Virus record (IMG/VR): IMGVR_UViG_3300037248_000024
Coordinates: 1-64,000 of that record
Strand: one strand, 5' to 3'
DNA: 64,000 bases
Origin: a virus
The translations under genes and the position numbers were made by a program. The first letter of the stretch is position 1, and each line of letters opens with the position of its first letter. This document shows positions 18,271-27,700 of this stretch, one piece after another. The notes under the pieces are model-generated. The model was given only the letters and a program-made list of their open reading frames with translations, had not been told where the DNA came from and did not search any database.

Positions 18271-21200
18271 TCGTCGAAACCAAATTCAGAAAAGGACACC
18301 AACGCGCGGGGTTTGCATTTGCGTCTCGTAATGAACGGCGATTCAAGGGAAGCACTGGGACCAACACGGTGCAAACCCAGTCGGGACCGCCGGCCCAGGT
18401 GCTTCAAAACTACGAAAATGTCTACAACCAGGCCCAAAACGTCGCCGCGCAACCCCTCCAAACCTATCAGGGCGCGACCGTCGCCGGTTTCACCCCGATG
18501 CAGGAAGCGGGGTTCAATAACGTCAACACGGCGGTCAACGCGGCGACGCCTTATCTGAACGACGCCTCGCAGTACATGACCAATGCGGGGACTTCCATAG
18601 ACCCGACGAATTTCGGAACAACCGAAGCTGCTTATCAGTCGCCCTACACGTCGCAAGTGGTCAACGCCACCGAGGCTGAACAGGCCAACCAAAACGCCCA
18701 ACAGCAACAGCAGGTTGAGGGAAACGCGGTTTCTTCCGGAGCGTGGGGGGGCGATCGATCCGGTGTCGCGGCGGGTATCACGGCGGGACAACAGGCGCTG
18801 GCGGAAGAGCCGGTCATCGCCAACCTGGAAAATACCGGGTTTCAGAACGCCACGAACGCGGCGGAGTCAAATGCCTATCTCAACAGCCAAACCGGATACG
18901 GGCTGAGTAGCCTTGGTTCTGAGGCTGAGGGACTTGGGTTGACCGGCGCGAACGCGCAGATCACGGCTGGCGGCGCACAGCAACAACAGGAACAGAACGA
19001 ACTCAATGTGCCGTACCAGGCGTTCCAGGCGGCGCAGGCGTACCCCTACCAGACCACGAACTGGCTTGAGGGTATGGCGACCGGAACCGGGACGCCATCT
19101 GGCACAACGGGATCGACGACATCGCCTGGACCGAGCACGCTGTCTCAGGTCGCGGGTCTGGGGCTGACGGGGCTGGCGGGATATAATCTGGCGAATAACG
19201 CTGGGCTTTTTTCGGGTTCGGGGGTAGGCCCGTCGGGCACCTCTATCGCGAATGCCTATTACAACTCCGCGGCGAATTCGGGCGAAGATTTGTCTGGATT
19301 CTACTCGGATGCGACCGGCGGTAAATTCGGTGGCCGCATCGAACGCGCCCCAGGAGGCGCGGTCCCAGGTTTCATGCCCATGGCGGATGGCGGCGCCACG
19401 ATTAACGTTGGCACCAGTAACGGCCTTCTCGGTGGTTCGAACAATCTTTTGGGAGGCGGCGGTAATCTGCTTGGGGTAAGCGGTAGTCTACTTGGCGGCG
19501 GCGGTAACCTGATGACCACCCCAACCGGCTCAACATCGACCACGACTGGCGCCCCGATGGTCATTGGGCCGGAAGGGCAGGCCATCAACGCGGCGGGTCA
19601 GGCGGTCGCATCCTATTACGGAACGCCGATCGCCGGATTGGCGGCGGGGGCATTTTCGCGGGAATTCCCCGAACTCTCTCCTGGGGCCATGTTTCAGAGT
19701 GATCCGGCCGGGATGGTGTTGGGCGGCTTTGCTCGCGGCGGTCACGTCACCTTGGAGGACTTCGCGCATCATGTCGCCGGATTACGGCCCGTCCCGGTTC
19801 GTCCACGCGGGTTTGATGCAGGTGGGGATGTGTCTCCCGCGCTCACGGCATCCGTTGGCGGCAATCCCACCCTGGCTCAGGCGGCGCAGACTTATCAAGG
19901 ATTGCCGACCGACCAGCTTCGCCAAATGGCGCAGCGGTTCGCGCCGAGCACTCCTCAAGGCCAGTTGGTGGCGCGAGCGCTTCAACAGAGACAGATGTAT
20001 CCGCAGACCAATCCGGCACAACCAGCAGTGCCAGGGTTGGCGCCCCTGGGTGCGACAACACCACAAACCGGAACCGCGCCACCGGGGCCATTCGCCAAAG
20101 GCGGTGATGTCGAGGACGATCTCTCTGATCTGCCGGTCGCGCAACCCGGCCCCTCTGTCCCTGGCGGCTTGATGGCGGGACTTTCGTCAATGCAGGCCGA
20201 TCCCGCCGCCATGCTGGCGCAGCACGCCATGGCGATGAACCGGAGCGGAGGTTATGTGCCGCCACCACCCGATCTCGCCCCGGTGGTCATGGATGCCGCG
20301 CAACGGTCCAGTGTCGATCCAAAGGCATTGGCCTGGATGCTATCGCAGGAATCGCACTGGAACCCCGCTGCCTACAATCCCTCTTCGGGGACCGCCGGGC
20401 TGGGACAGTTCAAGGCGGCGACCGCGAAAGAAGAGGGTATCGATCCCCGCGATCCCATCCAGTCTATCTATGGGGCCGCCGACTATCTCCGCAAGAAGCT
20501 GGACCAGACCGGCGGTGATTACGAAGCCGCGATCGGGCGTTATGGCACGTTCTCAACCGGGCGCGGTTCCCAGGCCGACAACGCGGTGCGCGGACAGTAC
20601 CGGGCCTTCATGCAGGGGTCGAAGTTTGGTGGTGCGGTGAGATTGGCGGATGGGGGTGATCCAGGGGATGATTCGAACTATGTTGACCCTTCCGGCCTTT
20701 TACAGCCAGGAGGTCACGCTTCCGATACGCCGTGGTTGACTGGCGGGATGGCCACTCCTGTTTCTCAACCTCAAAACGCTGGCCTGGCACCGCTGCCCAA
20801 TCCGCCCTTGCAAGCCGTCGCGCCACCGCCAACCGCTGGCCTTACCGCTCTGCCCGGCGATGCTCAGGAGGCCCGTTCCACGATCAAGGCCGATCCCTGG
20901 CAGTCCGTCCTCACCGCCGGGCTTTCCATGATGGCGGGAACGTCGCCGCATCCGCTCACCAACATCGGCGCGGGAGGCGCGGCTGGCGTCAAGGATTACG
21001 AGCAGCAACGCCAACTCGCGATTCAGGATCAGCAGCGCGCCGATCTGGCGAAGACGAACCAGGCTTATCGCGCGGCGCAAAGCGCGTTGCTGGGGGCGAG
21101 AACGACGGCGGTTCCAGTGACGACTGGGATTGCCCAACAAAACGCTGACACCAGAGCGGCGGCGGTCGAGGCGGCGAATAAGCGGGCAGATACCTACAAA

Positions 21201-21749
21201 CTGGTTGGTGACGCCCGATCCGCTTATATCAAGGGGCAGTTGGATATGCTGCCAGCGGTCACGGATGCGAAAACAACGGCCGCCAATGCCGCAGCCGACC
21301 GCGCCGCCGCGGCAGGAACGGTCGCCGCCGCCAGAGCGCCGCTCCTGAACGCCCAGACAGCGGCGGTTCCGGTGACGACGGATGCGCGTACCGCTGGCTC
21401 CGCCGCCGCGACCTCCCGTGCCGCGACAGCCGCCAGTTCCGCCGCCGCCAACCTCGAATTAAACCGTTCCAAGGCCGTGGGCGATCTCATCGCGCGGACC
21501 AGCGATCCGTTCACACACGTCCCCACGATGTCGCCGGATCAGGCGCGGCAGAAACTTGGGTTTCCGCCAGCGGCGGCGCAGGCGCCCGCGCCATCTCAGA
21601 CGCCAATGGTTCCCGCTGCTCCGGCGGCTCCGGCGGCTCCCCCTCTCCCTCCTGGCCTTCCCTCTGGCGCCCGCAAGGCTCCCGATGGTAATTACTATGT
21701 CCCCAACCCGAATGGCGGGTGGTTAAGAGCGGTTCCGTCAGGAGGGTAG
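18267..21749 (+). CDS. DNA ejection / internal virion protein with SLT lytic transglycosylase domain
   Basis: Q/N/A-rich pilot-like N-terminus (GAWGGDRSG); SLT motifs QESHWNP, GLGQF, GAADYL, AIGRY at about 20290-20610. Confidence 0.8.
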   Translation: MIVETKFRKGHQRAGFAFASRNERRFKGSTGTNTVQTQSGPPAQVLQNYENVYNQAQNVAAQPLQTYQGATVAGFTPMQEAGFNNVNTAVNAATPYLNDASQYMTNAGTSIDPTNFGTTEAAYQSPYTSQVVNATEAEQANQNAQQQQQVEGNAVSSGAWGGDRSGVAAGITAGQQALAEEPVIANLENTGFQNATNAAESNAYLNSQTGYGLSSLGSEAEGLGLTGANAQITAGGAQQQQEQNELNVPYQAFQAAQAYPYQTTNWLEGMATGTGTPSGTTGSTTSPGPSTLSQVAGLGLTGLAGYNLANNAGLFSGSGVGPSGTSIANAYYNSAANSGEDLSGFYSDATGGKFGGRIERAPGGAVPGFMPMADGGATINVGTSNGLLGGSNNLLGGGGNLLGVSGSLLGGGGNLMTTPTGSTSTTTGAPMVIGPEGQAINAAGQAVASYYGTPIAGLAAGAFSREFPELSPGAMFQSDPAGMVLGGFARGGHVTLEDFAHHVAGLRPVPVRPRGFDAGGDVSPALTASVGGNPTLAQAAQTYQGLPTDQLRQMAQRFAPSTPQGQLVARALQQRQMYPQTNPAQPAVPGLAPLGATTPQTGTAPPGPFAKGGDVEDDLSDLPVAQPGPSVPGGLMAGLSSMQADPAAMLAQHAMAMNRSGGYVPPPPDLAPVVMDAAQRSSVDPKALAWMLSQESHWNPAAYNPSSGTAGLGQFKAATAKEEGIDPRDPIQSIYGAADYLRKKLDQTGGDYEAAIGRYGTFSTGRGSQADNAVRGQYRAFMQGSKFGGAVRLADGGDPGDDSNYVDPSGLLQPGGHASDTPWLTGGMATPVSQPQNAGLAPLPNPPLQAVAPPPTAGLTALPGDAQEARSTIKADPWQSVLTAGLSMMAGTSPHPLTNIGAGGAAGVKDYEQQRQLAIQDQQRADLAKTNQAYRAAQSALLGARTTAVPVTTGIAQQNADTRAAAVEAANKRADTYKLVGDARSAYIKGQLDMLPAVTDAKTTAANAAADRAAAAGTVAAARAPLLNAQTAAVPVTTDARTAGSAAATSRAATAASSAAANLELNRSKAVGDLIARTSDPFTHVPTMSPDQARQKLGFPPAAAQAPAPSQTPMVPAAPAAPAAPPLPPGLPSGARKAPDGNYYVPNPNGGWLRAVPSGG

Positions 21750-21752
21750 CGC

Positions 21753-24700
21753 GTGCCGGACGGCTGGTCACTGCAACCCGTTGAAGGCGATCCGTTCGCC
21801 GCACAATCAACGCCAGGGTGGAATTTACAGCCGGTCGAGGGCGATCCTTTTGCCGCGCCTCCCGCACAAGCGCCGCTTCATGGCTATGCTGGAACGGATC
21901 AAGCCGCGCATGTCCGTCAGTCTGTTACTCAGGCCGATGTTGACGCGATACCGGATCGGTCGGGGGATTTGAAGGACGCGGCACCCATTACGTCGATGGA
22001 TTCGACGATGACGGAGTATGGGCCGAGCGCGACGACGCCGGGTGTTGATCGTCTGGAACGAAACTATGACGTGACCGCGCGCAACATCGCGGAATCCGCC
22101 CGTCAGGCGTGGCAGGGACAACAACCCTTCATCACGCCTCAGGCGCAGCAATGGCTCCGCGACAAAGGCGTTCCCGACGCGGCGATCTCTACCCTCAACT
22201 CTCCGACGTACGCCCTGGCGGCGATGAACGCCATCATGCGCGGCGGCATCGAGGGGTTCCATTCGCTGTTGGAACCCGTGGTTGGAGAACAGGCGGCCCG
22301 TGACCTCTCCGCGATGCCGGAAGCGTTCCCCTTGGCCGGGCACGAACTCGGTGGGTTGGGTATCCCTGGCGCACCCCGATTGACCCAAGCCGAATCCGCC
22401 GCGATGTCTCAGGCTCAGGATTTCTCGCATCCATTCCTGGCCGGAAACGAAACAGATGCCACGATTGCCGGGCGTCAGATGCGGGAGGAACGCGAGGCGC
22501 TGAACGCACAGATGGAGGCGGCCGCACAGGCGAATCGTCCGAGGCTGACGGGGCCGGGCACTCCGGTGACGGAAGAAGCGCCAGCGGTTTCGCTCGCACC
22601 GGAAGCGCCGCTCCGCACTCCCATCACCCCCGAAGCCGCTGCCGCTACTGAAGCGGGAGAAACTGCTCCAACCTGGAACCTTGAACCCGTCGCGCATGAT
22701 CCGTTCGAGGCACCGCCCTCTCCCGTCGATGAGGCCGCTTCTCAGGCGGTTGAACCGACTCCAGCACAGGCGGAAGTCCCGGTTACCGCTGAATCGCCTT
22801 TATTGGAAGGCGAGGTCCTGCCGCCCGTCCTTCCCTACGCCATGTTCGACCCTCGCGATCTCACACTGGCTCCGGACACGTTCCAATACAAAGCCTCCGA
22901 TGAGCGCGGCGTGACCGGGGCGCTACGGGGCGCCACGCGGTGGGAGTCGGCGCTCGCCAACCCGATCACGGTCTGGCAGGCAAATGACGGAACCAATTAT
23001 GTCGTCAATGGCCATCAGCGCACCGATCTGGCATTGCGGGCGCAAGCCGCCGGTCAACCCGATGTCCAGATGCCAGCGCAGGTATTCCGTGAAGCCGATG
23101 GTTACACGCCGGAATACATGCGGGCGCTTGGCGCCTATCAGAACATTTCCGAGGGTAGCGGCACCGCGATTGATGCCGCCAAGGTGTTGCGGAGCGTTGG
23201 GCAAATCCCGGAGTCCAGGCGGTTGCCAGACTTACCACCGGGCGGCGAACTGGTGCGGCAAGGAACCGCACTGGCGAAACTGTCGCCCGAAGCGTTTGGG
23301 ATGGTCACGAACGAAATCGTGCCAGCCGCTTATGCCGCTCATGTCGGGGACCTGATTTCCGATCCTACCGAACAACTTGGCGCGCTACAGGTGTTGGCGC
23401 GTGCCGAACCGGCGAACTCGGCTCAGGCCAGGATCATGGTCCAGGATGCCGTCAATTCCGGTTTTGCGCGTGGTGTCCAAGGCGGACTGTTTGGCGAAGA
23501 AGCCTTCGCGCATTCGCTGATCCCAGAGCGGGCGCGTGTGCTGGACCAGGCGCTCCGGTCGCTACGCAAAGCCGGGGGCATCTATCGTGCCGCCGTCGAG
23601 GGCGAAGAACCTTTGACTTCCGCCGGGAATACCCTAAATCGTGAAGGGAATATTCAGGCGAGAACCGAAAATGGCCGACTTCTCGACATCCTCCAACGAG
23701 ACGCCACCACCCGAGGGCCAATCTCCGACGCCCTTTCACGGGCAGCAACCGATGTCGCCAGCGGCAAGCCAGTCGCCGGGGCATCCTCTCGCTTCCTCTC
23801 CAAAGCTCGGCAAATTGTCCGAAGCGGATCGGGAGCGGGCTTACGACCAGGCGATTTATCTCACGGCGTTGAACATCCGGCAGCGTCAGAGGTAGACCCC
23901 GCCGCCGCGTTCCGGGAGGAGCTGGGGCCTGGGTTGTTTGAGTCTCCCGTTCCTTTGTTTTCCCCCGTTGCCCGCGCCGTCGATGGGTTGAAGCAGGCCC
24001 GTGGGACCGGCGAGCAAATGCTGGCGCAGATCACGAAGACGCCAGGGGTTAAACCGGAAGAACTCGCGTGGATGGGATTGCCGGGATGGTTGCGGGATCA
24101 GAAGTCCGTGACGAAGGCGCAGATCGCGGATTTTGTTCGGGCGAATCAGTTGGATGTGAGGGAGGTGACACACCCAAGCGACGAACCGAATCAATTCACA
24201 GTGTCATCCGCCGCCGTGCCTGGAGGCCAGGGCGGAATGGCGAGGTTCAGGACTTACGATGAGGCATTGGCGGAATATTCCAGACGCCGGCAAGAGTATC
24301 CGAATGGATATCACAGCATTATGGAAATGCCGCCAGCAGGCACTCAACCGAAGTATAGCGGCTACACGCTTCCTGGCGGTTCCAATTATCGGGAGTTGCT
24401 GATTACGTTGCCGCCGAAGGCAACGACGCGTGAATCCGAACTGATGCGGGCTGCTGGCGCTCGTTTGCGGGCAGCGGAACAAGCAGAACTTGATGCGAGA
24501 GCGCGCGGCTTCGACGTGACGCGCATGGGCAACCTGACCGATGCGACTGACCGAGCGCGCGCCGCATTCGACCGCGCGCGAGAAGCCGTCAAACAAGCGC
24601 GTGGCCAGGTTTACCGCTCTCCCCACTGGGAAGAACCCAACGTCCTCGCGCATGTGAGATTTGATGAGCGGACCGCGCCGGATGGGGCGCGCGTGCTGAT

Positions 24701-27700
24701 GGTGCATGAGGTGCAATCCGACATGCACCAGGCTGGAAGAAAACGTGGATATTATAACAGCACGAAACCTTGGGAAGTATTCAATCCCGTCGACGGAGCG
24801 CCGGTCGCACGCTTCGCCACCGAAACAGAGGCGCGGGCCGATGCGAGGCGCAGAGGCGACGGATTTGATTTCGCGCGGGGAGACCAAGGCCGCGCCGCCA
24901 ATGCCATCCCCGACGCCCCCTTCAAAACCACATGGCCCGCGCTCGCGATGAAACGTATCATCAAACTCGCGGCGGATAACGGATTCGATCGTGTGGCGTG
25001 GGCGCCGGGAGAAGTGCAGGCGGATCGGTATGATCTGTCGAAACACATCAACCGTCTCGATTACGTTCCGAGCGAAAACACAATCTGGGCATACGATAAA
25101 AATGATCGCATCGCTCATACGATCCGCGATGTCACGCCCGAAAACATGGCGGACAAGATCGGCAAGGAAGCCGCTGAGAAGTTACTGGCGCAACCGGATC
25201 GCGCGCCCGTGACTGGCCCGATTCATGAAGGGCGGATGTGGAAGCGTCTTGAAGGCGCGGACTTGAAGGTGGGCGGCGAAGGCATGAAAACCTTCTATGA
25301 CAAAATGCTGCCAGCCGAAGTGAATAAGATCACGGGGCGGTTTGGCGCGAAGGTGGGGACGAGTGAAATAGCCACACACGACAAAGGGCCAGAAGGTGCG
25401 TGGATAGTTGAGCCGCCGGATCGTTCATGGCAACAGCGATTCAATACAGAGCAAGATGCAGAAGAATGGGCTAGACTTTCAGCGCGAGGATTTGGTCTCA
25501 CTCCGGAGGATATGACGGCAACGTTTGTTGGTAAGCCAGTTCTGCAACCCGTCCACTCCCTCGACATAACCCCCCGTCTTCGTTCCGCCGTCCAGTCCGA
25601 GGGGTTGGGGTTGTTCGCCGGTCGTCGCCTCCCCGCCCCACCACCCGCTGGCCAGGACCTCTTCGGCACCACCCGTGTCGCGTCAGCCCAGCGCACCCCA
25701 GAACCCACGATCCGCACCGATCAACGCCAGGCCGTCATGCCGGGTATGGAACCGTCAGCGATCCAGGCGCAGGCCGCACGGGATAACGCCCCGCCAAAAT
25801 CAAACCAACTCGCACCGAATGAGGGATTGTTCGCGCGCCAAGAACCCGTGCAGCCGCAACTCCCCACACGCACGTCCCGCTACCTCAACACCTCCCCCTT
25901 CACCGACGAACTCCACGAAGCCCCGCTCACTGGCCACGAAGCCGCCGCCGATTGGGTGTTCAACAGAGGCCGAGACACCGGACACGAACACGTCGCCGTG
26001 GTCGATAACCGCACCGGAGAGATTATCCATGCCGGAACCAGCGGCCTCGCGGATGAAGTCAAATGGAAGGGCGATAATGGCACTGATCTGCCGCCCGACA
26101 GCCTGACGATCCACCACAACCACCCCAACGGGTCCGCGCTGTCTGGACCTGACATCGGGATGCTGACAAATCCCGCGATCAGTCATGTCGTCGCGCATGG
26201 GGCAAATGGAACGACGACCGTTGCCTCTCTGGTCCCGAAGTGGAAACCGGAAACTACGGAGCAGATGGTTCCGTTGTTGCGATCAATTAACAGCGCACGT
26301 TTTCATGCCCACACCATCGCCCGATCTCTGTTGCAAGACCTCGTGAACAAGGACGCCATCTCCGGTCCCGTTGCCGATCTCGCCTATGAAGATGTCACCA
26401 ACCGCTTGCTTCATGCCGGTGGCGTCATCAACTACGCCTCCACGCTCGACCTAGCCGCGCCAATCAAGGCGGCGCTCGCCCCCGTATTGAGGAACCTTGG
26501 CCATGCCGATGCAACACATGATCGATATACCGTCGCCGTTCCGCCCGAGGAACGAACAGCAAGCCTTCCTGCGCCGGTTGCTGGCGATGCCGGAGAAGTC
26601 GCCCGAAATCCAGGACGCGATCAGAACGGTGCGGGCGAATCTGGCACCTCTGGGGAACGCCGCGGAGGCGGTGAGGGGGTTGAAGGGGGCGAGGCCACCC
26701 AAGGCAGCCTGAGCGCGGGTGAACCGCTAACCCCCGCCCAACGCGCCGTCCTCGCGCATAACTCCCGCAATGGTCCGTTGCCGCCACGCGAGATGCCGAA
26801 CCTGGTCGAGCAAGGGCCACCGAAACCGCCCAGAGAAGCGCGCGCCAGCCCCAGCCCAAGCGACGAACTCCCCCTCCGCGAACCGCCACAACCCGCCCAG
26901 GGGCACAACGGTGGTCCGCCGATGCCGCCCGATTCCCTATGGCCGCCGGATCAGCAGCCGCCGAAACGCCCACCGCCACCGCCGGAGATCGAGGCGGCAC
27001 GCATTACGGCGCCAGCCGCCACGAAAAACCTGAACCCCGTCGAGAAGTTGACGATCTTTCCGCAGACCCTCGCCAATCTCGACAATATGTCGGCGCGGCT
27101 TTGGAACTCGTGGCAGGCGCGCGAACGGACGGAGAGCACGAACGCCGCCGAACTGCGCGGCATTATACAGCCGAACTTTCTGAAACTATCGAAACCGGAT
27201 CGCCTCAAGGTGGCCGGAGCGCTGGAAATAGCGCGCATCGAAGGCGCGGAAAGTCTGGTCGAAAATCCGGACGGCACGATCACCGCGCACAACGGTTCCA
27301 TCCCGCACGCCAACTGGTCGAAGGTGGGCGACAGCATCCAACTCACCCCACAGCAAACCGCAGCCTATCACGAGGCCGTGCAACTTGGTCGCGATCAATG
27401 GACGATGCTGCAACGCGCGGCGGCGAAACGATATGGCTGGGATGGCGCCCTTGATCCAGCCGCCATACGCGCCGAAGCGCAGTCACGCGGCGAGCCGGGT
27501 GACTATCATCGGCTGAACCGTTTGGCTGACCTCTTGGACGTGATGCGGTCAAACCAGCAGGAAATCTACTTTCCCATGCAGCGGTTCGGATCGTATTTCA
27601 TCGCGATCCGTCCAAAGGCCGGAGAAGGCGTCATCGAAAATCTCGGTGGTCATCCGCCCCTGGCGTGGTTCGAGACCGTCGAAAAGCCAGCATTCCAGGA

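Noticed and set aside
19420-19515. LLGG(G/S)xN repeats in the ejection protein
   Set aside because: Low-complexity coding repeat; distinct from the xAxGG tag and no further evidence of function
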